Positions 1 to 9,785 of a stretch of 64,000 bases of DNA are shown piece by piece. The notes under the pieces were generated by a model. It did not search any database, was not told the origin of the DNA, and was given only the letters and a program-made list of their open reading frames with translations. The stretch covers positions 102,745-166,744 of the forward strand of contig CAZPCY010000002.1 in assembly GCA_964585295.1 (NCBI GenBank), in the 5' to 3' direction. The DNA is from an uncultured Candidatus Poseidoniales archaeon (GTDB taxonomy: Archaea > Thermoplasmatota > Poseidoniia > Poseidoniales > Thalassarchaeaceae). The stretch's first letter is position 1. Every line of letters starts with the position of its first letter. The translations under genes and the position numbers were made by a program.

Positions 1-46
1 GGAGATCCGTGTAGAATATCCCGGCATCGGGACCGAGTTCTACACG

Positions 47-541
47 ATGGATGCGATAGACGAGCGTGGTTGGAGAAGAGGTAGAACTGCGGCAGATAGT
101 GCACGAAACATCTCCTCAATCATCAATCGATTCAGTGCGCTAGTACATGCTCATTACGAGGAAGATAGCATCATTCTGGAAATCAGGGACCATGATCTAG
201 ATCCTTCATCTCTGGTGGTTTTTATCGATGATCCCGGTGGCAAGAACCTCTTGTTGGAAAGAGAAGGGGTTGTGATTGACATCGATGCAACAGAAACTAT
301 CGACGATTACCGAGAAATGGTCAGGATTGTCCTTGAAGACGGCGTCATCTCACCGAGCGAAGACGAACTTCTCTATCTGATGAGGCACAATCTAAGAATA
401 GACGATGGGACACATCTCGCAATCGTCCAACAACTGTTCGGTGACGATGCGAAGAAGGAGTGCCCTGCCTGCCATTCACTGACGCCGTTCTATCCTGCTG
501 ATGGGGCTTGGTGGTGTTCCAGTTGCGAATCATGGCTGTGA
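47..541 (+). CDS. Hypothetical acidic protein with C-terminal Cys4 zinc ribbon (CPAC...CSSC); reading frame is open upstream to nt 2, so it may be 5'-truncated by the window edge
   Basis: ORF track; CxxC...CxxC motif at the C-terminus; in-frame codons from nt 2 to the ATG at 47 contain no stop. Confidence 0.4.
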   Translation: MDAIDERGWRRGRTAADSARNISSIINRFSALVHAHYEEDSIILEIRDHDLDPSSLVVFIDDPGGKNLLLEREGVVIDIDATETIDDYREMVRIVLEDGVISPSEDELLYLMRHNLRIDDGTHLAIVQQLFGDDAKKECPACHSLTPFYPADGAWWCSSCESWL

Positions 542-596
542 GTCTCCATCGACGCGCCCTCTAAATACCGAATCGGGATAGCCACGAATCACGGCG

Positions 597-1631
597 ATGA
601 ACATGGCAGACGAAGAGACTCTCTATATCGGCATCGATCTCGGCACTTTTCGTTCCGTACTGACCTCTAGCATTGGCCATGAGGAACAGGTGCTCACGGT
701 CGCTGGAACTCCGAAGGATCCCATCGCCCGCAATTTCCTTCGAAAGGATGTACTGTTCGGTGAAGAGGCCCTGAAGAACCGGCTAGCTCTGGATCTATAT
801 CGACCTCTGGAACACGGCGTCATAAAGGACACACCGGAAGATCGGAAATTCATTGCCCATTTCATCAATCACCTGATTGGACTTTCGAATCCAGAGGACT
901 ACGATAGAGTCGTTGCCGTCATTGGTGCACCTGCAGAAGCTAGTTTCACGGACCAATCAGCCATCTTCGACGCAGCCAGCGGCGCCGTGAATGCTGCCAT
1001 GATTGTCTCGGAGCCCTTCGCCGTAGCCTACGCACTCGATATGATTGGCCACACCATCGTTATTGACATCGGTGCGGGGACCTGTGACGTTGCACGGGTG
1101 TACGGAACCATTCCTGGACCTGGCGATCAGATGCACACATCGTTCGCTGGAGACCACATTGACAATTGTCTCATCGAAGAGATTCAGAAGAAGTACTCTG
1201 GTGCCCAGATTACCAAAGACATGGCGAGACGCTGGAAGCAGCAATACTCCTTCGTCAGCAACGCGGAATCCGATGAACCGATCATAGTTGATTTCAGCAT
1301 CGATGGAAAGGCGATGAGTCTCGACATAACGGACTGCGTAAGAACCGCTTGCGAGAGCATCGTCGGTCCGATAATAGCCAATGTAAAAGCACTCATATCA
1401 TCCAGTAATCCGGAATACCACGATGATTTCCGAAGGAACATCATCCTAGCCGGTGGTGGTTCGGGAATCAAGGGTCTGAATTTGATGATTGAAGACCGGA
1501 TGGCCGATTTCGGTGAAGTCCAGGTACATGTGGTGGATGATCCCGTGATGCTGGGTGCCTTGGGAGGCCTACGCCTCTCGATGGAGGTCCCAGAGGACAT
1601 GTGGGACTCATTGACTCTGGCACATAGATAA
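597..1631 (+). CDS. Actin-fold ATPase (MreB/ParM/Ta0583-like archaeal actin homologue)
   Basis: Phosphate-1 motif IGIDLGTFRS, phosphate-2 VIDIGAGTCDVA, adenosine motif ILAGGGSGIKGL, and YRPLEHGVIKD resembling MreB RPxxDGVI; length 344 aa. Confidence 0.6.
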   Translation: MNMADEETLYIGIDLGTFRSVLTSSIGHEEQVLTVAGTPKDPIARNFLRKDVLFGEEALKNRLALDLYRPLEHGVIKDTPEDRKFIAHFINHLIGLSNPEDYDRVVAVIGAPAEASFTDQSAIFDAASGAVNAAMIVSEPFAVAYALDMIGHTIVIDIGAGTCDVARVYGTIPGPGDQMHTSFAGDHIDNCLIEEIQKKYSGAQITKDMARRWKQQYSFVSNAESDEPIIVDFSIDGKAMSLDITDCVRTACESIVGPIIANVKALISSSNPEYHDDFRRNIILAGGGSGIKGLNLMIEDRMADFGEVQVHVVDDPVMLGALGGLRLSMEVPEDMWDSLTLAHR

Positions 1632-1679
1632 TCAGGAATGATTTGCCAGATCCTGACTGGCATCCATCCTGACTATCCA

Positions 1680-2249
1680 TCATTCCGATTCTTGCGATGA
1701 TATCACGAGCGAGCCTCTGCAGTGTGGACAGGCATCCCCATGTCCCAGGGAACTGGGCACCACTGCCAACAGACTGGTACAGTGAGGGCAGATTGCCCTC
1801 TGTTCATCAAGCCTCAGCACACCTTCGCGTTGCAACATGCTGGGAGCGCCGGAATCATACCATTTCTGGAACCTCTCGTCACTTATCGTCTCCAGCCTCA
1901 GCAACGAATGCAAACCGAGAATGGAAAGGAGCAGGCCCTCTAGGGTTCTGCTATTCGCCCCTTCGATTCGGAGAGTATCAATTGTAATCTCCACTCCAGC
2001 CGCGATTAACATGGTTCCGAACCAGACAAGCGCAATTCCGACGAGCCTCAAGCCCCTAGGTTGCCGCCTCCTGAATGAAGACCAACTTATCATGGTGAAA
2101 ACGAATGCCAATGCCCATATTGCCCCTGGTATGACTTTGACTCCGTCTGGGTTCCATGGACGAGCCACCAATGTTCCCAACAGAATGTCAATGAGTAGAA
2201 GCAACCGGACATGTCTGTGAATGGATGACAGGACCTCCTCGCCCTCCAT
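1680..2249 (-). CDS. Membrane protein (about 3 TM) with C-terminal Cys4 zinc ribbon. The ORF-track start at 2480 overlaps coaBC, so an internal Met (MEGEEV...) is the likelier start
   Basis: Hydrophobic segments; CPHC...CPHC at the C-terminus; divergent from coaBC. Confidence 0.4.
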   Translation of the reverse strand: MEGEEVLSSIHRHVRLLLLIDILLGTLVARPWNPDGVKVIPGAIWALAFVFTMISWSSFRRRQPRGLRLVGIALVWFGTMLIAAGVEITIDTLRIEGANSRTLEGLLLSILGLHSLLRLETISDERFQKWYDSGAPSMLQREGVLRLDEQRAICPHCTSLLAVVPSSLGHGDACPHCRGSLVISSQESE

Positions 2250-2331
2250 CCTTCTCTCGGACACTGATTGAGCACATGTGCATTCCCCACCGACGGCCTG
2301 ATGAGGGGGCCACCTCTGGCTCAATTCACTC

Positions 2332-3516
2332 ATGCCAAGAGACATCGATGTCGACCACGAAAGCACCGCATTGCACGGGAAGAGAATCCTCTTCGGTGTC
2401 ACCGGAGGAATCGCAGCCGTCGAAGCGATCCGTGTAGGTCGGGAATTGCGTCGGCATGGTGCAACGATCCATGTCATCATGACTGAGTCTGCAAGTGAGG
2501 TGATCAGTCCATTGGCTCTAGAATGGTCTACTCAATCAGTTGTAGACGTTGCTTGGAAAGGTACGATGCCTCAACTTCAGGGATTCGATGGAGTTCTTAT
2601 CGCACCAGCGACGAGGAACACCATCTCAAAACATCTGGCAGGTATTCTAGATTCACCATTGTTGATGGCTTTGTCTAAAGCGAGAACGAATGGGACTCCG
2701 ATGCTGTTTGTTCCTTCGATGCACGATGATCTCTTCGATGACCCAGTTACTTTGGAATCACTCGAATTATTGGCAAAAGAGGGGGCCTCCCACCTGTTCA
2801 CAGAGAGTGAAGAGGGGAGGCGAAAACAGCCATCATCAAAGACAATCGTCGCTCGGTTGTGCAATATCGTCAATTCCCGTCAAGCGGAAAGGAAGAGAAT
2901 CATAGTTACGCTCGGGGGTAACAGAGCACCGATCGATGATGTCAGGGATCTCAGGAACTATTCAACAGGAGGAACTGGTTGGAGGGTCGCTGATTATCTC
3001 CACCGTTCAGGCCATGTAGTTACCTGTATCGTAGGCACAGTGGATAGCGAACCAGTACATGGCGACTTGGACCTGGTCCATGCGAAGACACATTCAGAGA
3101 TGGGCGCGGCTATACAATCGTACTCTTCGGAGGAAATCGATGCATGGATCCTAGCCGCTGCGGTCTTGGACTATTATCCCGAACTAAAGGAAGGGAAAAT
3201 GGCATCAGGAGAAAAGGAACTGATGATACGACTTCTACCAAATGAGAAATTAATCGATGACATTTCTGCGTCCTCACCTAAATCAATCCGAATTGGCTTC
3301 AAGTTGGAAGTTGGTATCTCCGATGAAGAACTTGTTCGTAGAGCTCGTGAACAGCTCGATAGAACCGGGAATCTGGCAGTTGTCGCTAATCATCTTCGCG
3401 GAGTACAAGGTGAAGGGTCGAGAGCAATCCTCGTATCGAATGATGTATTCACCCACCTTGACGACATGGTAGCCGTTTGTGAAGCGATAGAGGGCCTCAT
3501 TGTGGCAACACATTGA
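2332..3516 (+). CDS. coaBC: Bifunctional phosphopantothenoylcysteine decarboxylase / phosphopantothenate-cysteine ligase
   Basis: N-terminal flavoprotein motif GVTGGIAA plus a C-terminal DFP/CoaB-like domain; 394 aa. Confidence 0.85.
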   Translation: MPRDIDVDHESTALHGKRILFGVTGGIAAVEAIRVGRELRRHGATIHVIMTESASEVISPLALEWSTQSVVDVAWKGTMPQLQGFDGVLIAPATRNTISKHLAGILDSPLLMALSKARTNGTPMLFVPSMHDDLFDDPVTLESLELLAKEGASHLFTESEEGRRKQPSSKTIVARLCNIVNSRQAERKRIIVTLGGNRAPIDDVRDLRNYSTGGTGWRVADYLHRSGHVVTCIVGTVDSEPVHGDLDLVHAKTHSEMGAAIQSYSSEEIDAWILAAAVLDYYPELKEGKMASGEKELMIRLLPNEKLIDDISASSPKSIRIGFKLEVGISDEELVRRAREQLDRTGNLAVVANHLRGVQGEGSRAILVSNDVFTHLDDMVAVCEAIEGLIVATH

Positions 3517-3554
3517 AGCAACGGTCACAGGCGACAAGTGAACGAGTTGGTCCT

Positions 3555-5045
3555 ATGTCGGGGGGAGAGCGAGCGAAGCGCGGTATCCCCGAGAAGTCTG
3601 ATTTCAACGCTTGGTATCCTGCCATAGTTGAGATAGCGGATCTCGTAGATAAGAGGTATCCAATCAAGGGCATGGATGTCTGGAGGCCATATGGATGGAA
3701 GGCGATGGGGCACATCGATTCTCTAACCCGCAGGGAGATGGAGAGAACTGGCCATGATGAAGTCAGATTCCCGATGCTTATTCCAGAGGACCTTCTCCTT
3801 AAGGAAAACCGCTTGGTTGCTCGTTTGAAGCGCGCACGTGAAGAAGGTGTGGATCCATCAGAATTAAGGGGCGAGGAAGACGAAACTGGATTCGCTTCTG
3901 AAGTTTATTGGGTACGGCACGCAGGGGAGAATGAACTCGATGTCCCGATGTTTCTTCGTCCAACATCTGAGACGGCGATGTACACAATGTTCCCTCTGTG
4001 GGTGAGAAGTCATGCGGATTTGCCTTTGAAGACCTATCAAATTGTCAACACCTTCCGATACGAGACGAAACAGACGCGATCGTTCATCAGGGTGAGGGAG
4101 ATTCACTTCTTTGAAGCCCACACTGCACATGTAGACGAGGAGGATGCGACAAGACAGATCGCGGAAGATCTAGAGATGGTTAACCGAATCATGCATGATC
4201 TCTGCCTCCCAGTCATCATCTCCAAACGACCGGTATGGGATACATTCCCTGGTGCCTGGTACACGATTGCAATCGATGTACTGATGCCTAACGGTAGAAC
4301 GTTGCAAGTTGCATCATGCCACCATTATAGGGATCAATGGGCTGAGGCGTTCGATCTTACATACGAAGATCAGGAAGGACAACAGCAACACTGCCATCAG
4401 ACCACCTACGGCATGTCTGAGAGACTCCTAGGAGCGGTTGTCGGCATCCATGGAGACGATGCAGGACTCATAATGCCGCCAGCCATTGCACCATACCAAG
4501 TAGTTGTCATCCCGATAGCGCCTCATGCAGATGACGCTGTGCTTGAAACCGCGAATCATATCGCCAAGTCGCTCAAGGATGATGGATTGAGGGTCCACGT
4601 CGATGATAGAGATTTGAGGCCTGGCTCGAAATACTTCGATTGGGAGATCAAAGGTGTGCCACTTCGACTCGACATCGGACCGCGGGACATCGCCGCGGAA
4701 TGTGCACTGGCCACTGACAGAATGGGGCGAAAAGAATCAATTCCACTCGATGGAATAGCCCAATCAGTCACCGAGCGACTCGATGAGATTTCAGATGAAC
4801 TACGGAAAAGAGCCAATGAATCAGTCCGAGCCAGCATCACTTCGATTGGTGACCTGAGTGAAGTTCAGGAAGGATTCGTCCATGAAGTAGCATTCGATGG
4901 TACAGATTCCGATGCCGAGAATCTAGAGAAGAGCACTGGTCTCACGATTCTCGGAGATTCCTTCGAAGAATACGCGAAAGAGAGGCCTTGCATCATGACT
5001 GGGAAGATGACACGACGAAGGCAGCACATAGCCAAGATGTACTGA
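3555..5045 (+). CDS. proS: Prolyl-tRNA synthetase, archaeal/eukaryal type
   Basis: Class II aaRS motifs; N-terminus DFNAWYPAIVEIADLVD typical of archaeal ProRS; start chosen at MSGGER inside track ORF 3513..5045. Confidence 0.9.
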   Translation: MSGGERAKRGIPEKSDFNAWYPAIVEIADLVDKRYPIKGMDVWRPYGWKAMGHIDSLTRREMERTGHDEVRFPMLIPEDLLLKENRLVARLKRAREEGVDPSELRGEEDETGFASEVYWVRHAGENELDVPMFLRPTSETAMYTMFPLWVRSHADLPLKTYQIVNTFRYETKQTRSFIRVREIHFFEAHTAHVDEEDATRQIAEDLEMVNRIMHDLCLPVIISKRPVWDTFPGAWYTIAIDVLMPNGRTLQVASCHHYRDQWAEAFDLTYEDQEGQQQHCHQTTYGMSERLLGAVVGIHGDDAGLIMPPAIAPYQVVVIPIAPHADDAVLETANHIAKSLKDDGLRVHVDDRDLRPGSKYFDWEIKGVPLRLDIGPRDIAAECALATDRMGRKESIPLDGIAQSVTERLDEISDELRKRANESVRASITSIGDLSEVQEGFVHEVAFDGTDSDAENLEKSTGLTILGDSFEEYAKERPCIMTGKMTRRRQHIAKMY

Positions 5046-5072
5046 ATTATCTTAGATGGGTTTGTGGTTCCA

Positions 5073-5606
5073 TCAAGAACGGCGTCGGCGTAGGCCGAAC
5101 AACATGGTCAATAGTCCGCCTGCTAGTAATCCGTAATCGACAACTCCGAACGCGCCTAATTCACTCCATCCATACTCCGTGGACATTTGAGTTGCGCTGA
5201 GGATGTTCAGTTTCAACCTACTAGGTGAACAAGATCCGCATGTGCTTAGCACCGATCCAACCCCCATGAAAACATTGAACAGATCGAAGGCTATTACAGT
5301 CGAACCCAGAGCTATCAGCAACGGCCTTCTACCTTTGGAGTTGGATTTCATCTGGATTACTGGCTCGGTTGGTGGCAGAGGAAGTGGAGCCGGTTCCTTT
5401 ACCTCGACACTGGTGACCTCAACGATCTCTGTTCTGACTTCATCCACATCATCCTCAATCGGATCTTCGCCAATCGCTTCACGGATTCCATCACCATAGA
5501 TTCTCAGTGCGAGACTACGGAGTATTGGATCATCTCTTATGTCCGAGAGCTCCTCACTTGAGAGCGTCCCATCGAGGAGGTCGCGCAGCCGCTCGTCCTC
5601 GCTCAT
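5073..5606 (-). CDS. Hypothetical protein: acidic cytoplasmic N-terminal domain with C-terminal multi-TM region
   Basis: ORF track; composition and hydrophobic C-terminal half. Confidence 0.4.
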   Translation of the reverse strand: MSEDERLRDLLDGTLSSEELSDIRDDPILRSLALRIYGDGIREAIGEDPIEDDVDEVRTEIVEVTSVEVKEPAPLPLPPTEPVIQMKSNSKGRRPLLIALGSTVIAFDLFNVFMGVGSVLSTCGSCSPSRLKLNILSATQMSTEYGWSELGAFGVVDYGLLAGGLLTMLFGLRRRRS

Positions 5607-5672
5607 CCAAACCCCTCGCCGTCGGCGATTCGACCGGCCTTCATGAAGGCATTGACGGGTCGGAGCAGATCT

Positions 5673-6620
5673 TCAGGACGAATCTCTACGAGTCATCGCC
5701 CTCTCGACGGCATTCTGAATGTGGGCCTTCGTCAGCCCGTATTCCTCCATCAGCGAATCGGAATCACCTGACTGCCCGAATCGATCTATCACGCCTACCC
5801 GTTCCAATGGTACTGGATGGTTCGTCACCAATGCTTCTGCGACAGCACCCCCGAGTCCCCCGATTATGCTGTGGTCTTCAGCAGTTACCAAACATCCACA
5901 TCTACGTGCAATCGAATCTAGAGTTGCTTCATCGAGTGGTTTGATGGTGTGGGCATCAACCACGGTCGCTTCGATTCCGCGAGTGGCCAATTCTTCCGCC
6001 GCATCCAATGCTTCCGCTACCATAACGCCGCATGCGATGATTCCAACATCCCCCCCTTCTCGGAGTATAGAGAACTCACCGATTCTCAGGTTCTTCGCCT
6101 GTTCCTCATTATAGATCCTCCTTGTTGCATTACGAACTGTCCTAGTATAGGATGGCTCGTTATAGGTGCGGAGTCTAAGCGTCAACCACTCTGTGGCCAG
6201 ATCATCCGCAGGATGAAGTACGGTAACTTTCGGTAATGTTCGATAAATCGCAAGATCTTCGATGGATTGAGCGCTGGATCCATCGGTTCCAGTATGGATT
6301 CCGCCGTGACTGCCACAGATGTGAACTGGTAATCCTGGTCTGGCGATACCATTGCGAACCTGTTCAAATGCCCTCTCGGTGAAAATGGCGAAAGTGGATA
6401 CGAATGGCGTTTTTCCTGACGAGGATAGACCGGCCGCGACAAGCATCATGTTCTGTTCAGCGATTCCTATAGAGAAGGTCCTATCGGGATTCTGATTCCT
6501 GAAATGACAACTCTTCGTCGATTTACCCAAATCGGCCTCAAGAACAACGACATCGGGATCCGAGGTCATGCGAAGCAGAGCGCGGCCATAGCCATCCCTG
6601 CTTGCGGCTCTGATTGTCAT
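5673..6620 (-). CDS. tktB: Transketolase, C-terminal subunit
   Basis: Transketolase pyrimidine-binding/C-terminal domain homology; 4-nt overlap with the N-terminal subunit gene. Confidence 0.9.
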   Translation of the reverse strand: MTIRAASRDGYGRALLRMTSDPDVVVLEADLGKSTKSCHFRNQNPDRTFSIGIAEQNMMLVAAGLSSSGKTPFVSTFAIFTERAFEQVRNGIARPGLPVHICGSHGGIHTGTDGSSAQSIEDLAIYRTLPKVTVLHPADDLATEWLTLRLRTYNEPSYTRTVRNATRRIYNEEQAKNLRIGEFSILREGGDVGIIACGVMVAEALDAAEELATRGIEATVVDAHTIKPLDEATLDSIARRCGCLVTAEDHSIIGGLGGAVAEALVTNHPVPLERVGVIDRFGQSGDSDSLMEEYGLTKAHIQNAVERAMTRRDSS

Positions 6621-7462
6621 GAGAGCTCCTCCATAGCTAACCTGTATTCCTCATCATTTGGGGATTTGCCATGGAACGAGGGATCATCCTCCATGAAAGA
6701 AACACCCTTTCCCTTGACAGTGTGAGCGATGATGGCAGTTGGCCTACCAATCTCCTGGCTCCAGTGCAAGGAGTCGATTATCTCACGCATGTCATGGCCA
6801 TTAATCTCCACAACAGCCCAACCGAAGGCCTCCCACTTAGCAGCAAGATCACCCATCCTCATCTGTCGTTCGATGTGATCATCGTTCTGAATCCTGTTTC
6901 TGTCAACAATCACATGCAGGTTTTCTAACTCGTGGTGAACTGCAGACATGGCCGCTTCCCAGATTTCACCCTCCTGACATTCGCCATCACCGAGAATCGA
7001 CCAAATCTGGCGTTGGGAACCATCCATACGCGCCGCCAGTGCGCAGCCGACCCCGAATGAGAGTCCCATTCCAAGTGAACCGGCTGAGAAGTCGACTCCG
7101 GGTGTCCAGTTCATGTCGACATGTCCTTGACAAACACCACCCATGCACCGGTAGGTCAACAGGTCCGATTCGTTCAGGTACCCTCTGGCCCTCAGAGCAG
7201 CGTACATGGCAGGACTGGCGTGGCCTTTGGAGAGAATCAGGCGGTCTCTATCGGGATGATCCGGATTGGATGTAGATACTCGCAATTGGGTTCCATACAA
7301 TCCGATTAGAATGTCAATGACGCTGAGGCTCCCTCCGGGGTGGCCAGCCTTCGCCCTATACACCATGTCAACTATGTCTCGGCGAGACTGCAATGCGGTG
7401 AGTTCCAATTCTTCAAATCCGAGACTCATGGTTCGGAGTCCATCACCCTTCTCGATGGTCAT
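6617..7462 (-). CDS. tktA: Transketolase, N-terminal (TPP-binding) subunit
   Basis: GHPGGSLSVIDIL TPP-binding region; split tkt is typical of archaea. Confidence 0.9.
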   Translation of the reverse strand: MTIEKGDGLRTMSLGFEELELTALQSRRDIVDMVYRAKAGHPGGSLSVIDILIGLYGTQLRVSTSNPDHPDRDRLILSKGHASPAMYAALRARGYLNESDLLTYRCMGGVCQGHVDMNWTPGVDFSAGSLGMGLSFGVGCALAARMDGSQRQIWSILGDGECQEGEIWEAAMSAVHHELENLHVIVDRNRIQNDDHIERQMRMGDLAAKWEAFGWAVVEINGHDMREIIDSLHWSQEIGRPTAIIAHTVKGKGVSFMEDDPSFHGKSPNDEEYRLAMEELS

Positions 7463-7552
7463 CGTCAGTTCTCCTAATCAACTGGCCTTTGATGATTGTC
7501 CTTCAATTCTGGATGTAACTATGGATGATGACTTGCTCAATGGATTGAATAA

Positions 7553-9694
7553 TCAACCGTCTGGCTCCACCGTCTTAATCTTGTCAATAACATTCCTCAA
7601 TCCTTGCCAAGTGACTACAAACCAATCCCACAATAGTGCTGTTGCACCGAACCTTGCGTATAATGGCCTGAAGTCCGAGTTCCGATCATCACCACCCCTT
7701 GGTAAGGATCTGGTAGCCAAGAGAACGAAAACACCTACGAACCATCCGAAGAACAAAATCGATACCAGCGACCCTAGCATTCCCATCGGGAAGCCAATCG
7801 CTTCCCCCCACTCCCATGGCATGGGGATCATGCCGCCGGTAACATTCGAGATCACGATGAACGCTGCGACGACGACTCCCATCAGCGCCTCTCCTGCTAT
7901 GAGTCCTGCTGCCAATAGAACCCCCCTATCATTCACTTTCGACGCAAGTTTTCTCGCCTCCTCCGTTGGTTCCTTGGAGATAGAACCATCTTTTCGGAGT
8001 CGCGCGGTCCCTGTCACCAAAGCCGCGATTGCTCCACCGATGACAATCGTCGTAGAGAGTTGCATCGGAAGATAGATTCCTATCGCGACTGGCATTACTG
8101 GCAATCCCTTCCAGATGAGGAATGTTGCGATCAGGAATCCCAAAGCGACCATCGGGGTATTCACGGACCCTCCGAAGAATCCCTGGATCAATGCGCCGAT
8201 CAACTCAGCCTGCGGAGCGAGCAAAGCGTGATCGCAGGCCGCCATATTCCCACCAGGTGGATCTGTCATGCAGTGCGTCTTCGTGATTCGAAAGGCATCA
8301 TTCAGGAGCACTACGGTGATTGGTGCGATTACGGCACCTGTGAGGACGCCTGCAACCTCTGCTACCTGTTGCTTCCAAGGAGTCGCCCCGACTAGATAAC
8401 CAGTCTTGAGATCCTGCATGACATCTCCTGCGATCGCGGCGTTGACAGCGACGATAGAGGCGATTAGCAGCGTGGCGTACATCAGGGATCGGGAATCCAA
8501 ACCCAATACGAGGTCTCCGACCAACCAAACTAGAAGGCTGGTAGCCATCAAAGTCGCTATGGTCATGCCTGAAACAGGGGAATTGGATGAACCTACGACT
8601 CCGGCGATGTAGCCGGCTACGGCGCTGAAGAAGAATGCTACACCGGCTAGGAACAAGGTTCCAACTAACGCTAACAGGAAGGAACCTATTCGGACCCAGT
8701 AGAAAGCGAACGTGAGAATCGCTATCACTGCGCAGACGATTAATGTCTTCTTGATATCGATGTCCTGATCCATCCTATCCAACGAATCCGTGGAAGAACC
8801 GGATGAGGCGGACAACGCTTTGGCCAAGCCTACCTTGATCGTTGACCTCAATTCGAATAATGTCCAAACCCCACCCACTACCATCGCACCAACACCTACG
8901 AACCGTATGTGTTCACTCCAGAGCAGCATGAAGGAATCGGTGGCTCCCACGCCAGCAGGCCATCCTTGTATTGATCCGAGCAGTGGGACCAAGACGACGA
9001 ATCCAATGAATCCGCCTAGGAAGATATAGGATGCTATCCTCAGACCGACGATGAATCCTACCGACAACAGTGCTAGTGAGAGATCAAAACCCATGTAGAT
9101 ACGAGTGCCCACGACCTCAACCGCTCCTTCGACATGGGAATGGACAATTCTGAAACCCTTCACTACCCAACCGTACATCGCACCAAGAACTAGGGCATAG
9201 AGAATGGCGATCAATCCTGAGCCGCCGCGTTCTCCAGCCTCTAAAACTTCTCGACAGGCTACACCTTCAGGGTATGGAAGTGGTTCCTCAACAATGAAGA
9301 CACGACGCAATGTAATCGTGAACATCGTGCCTAGGACACCTCCCAAGACCGCGATACAGAACGTTTCAAACAGATCGATTCCCATCCCCATCACCAGAAG
9401 TGCTGGCACAGTGAAGATGACCCCTGCGGCGAGGCTCTCACCAGCTGAAGCCATGGTTTGCACGATGTTGTTCTCCTGAATCGAGACATCCTCAAGACGT
9501 AAAACACCTCGAAGAACTATCATCGATAGCACCGCAGCGGGGATAGAGGCACTCACTGTCATTCCCAGTTGGAGACCTAGATACGTGTTAGCAGCCGTCA
9601 GAAGTGCACCGAGAACTACTCCAACCGCCAAGGCTCGAAGTGTCAATTCGTACGGCCCGTCGCTACGGCCGAACTCGATACGCTCGGTCATCAA
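7553..9694 (-). CDS. OPT family oligopeptide transporter
   Basis: 713 aa polytopic membrane protein with the N-terminal YELTLRALAVGVVLG...NTYLGL signature of the OPT superfamily. Confidence 0.8.
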   Translation of the reverse strand: MMTERIEFGRSDGPYELTLRALAVGVVLGALLTAANTYLGLQLGMTVSASIPAAVLSMIVLRGVLRLEDVSIQENNIVQTMASAGESLAAGVIFTVPALLVMGMGIDLFETFCIAVLGGVLGTMFTITLRRVFIVEEPLPYPEGVACREVLEAGERGGSGLIAILYALVLGAMYGWVVKGFRIVHSHVEGAVEVVGTRIYMGFDLSLALLSVGFIVGLRIASYIFLGGFIGFVVLVPLLGSIQGWPAGVGATDSFMLLWSEHIRFVGVGAMVVGGVWTLFELRSTIKVGLAKALSASSGSSTDSLDRMDQDIDIKKTLIVCAVIAILTFAFYWVRIGSFLLALVGTLFLAGVAFFFSAVAGYIAGVVGSSNSPVSGMTIATLMATSLLVWLVGDLVLGLDSRSLMYATLLIASIVAVNAAIAGDVMQDLKTGYLVGATPWKQQVAEVAGVLTGAVIAPITVVLLNDAFRITKTHCMTDPPGGNMAACDHALLAPQAELIGALIQGFFGGSVNTPMVALGFLIATFLIWKGLPVMPVAIGIYLPMQLSTTIVIGGAIAALVTGTARLRKDGSISKEPTEEARKLASKVNDRGVLLAAGLIAGEALMGVVVAAFIVISNVTGGMIPMPWEWGEAIGFPMGMLGSLVSILFFGWFVGVFVLLATRSLPRGGDDRNSDFRPLYARFGATALLWDWFVVTWQGLRNVIDKIKTVEPDG

Positions 9695-9785
9695 TCAAGC
9701 GAGACACATCTTGGATATGGGTTCTCCGACATAGGAATGCAACCCTGATTGTCAAATAGGGTTCCTCGACTCGCAGGCTGCGTAC

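Noticed and set aside
2250-2480. N-terminal 77 codons of track ORF 1680..2480 overlapping the coaBC start
   Set aside because: The overlap with the divergent coaBC gene is implausible, and an internal Met gives a sensible membrane protein, so the extension was dropped.
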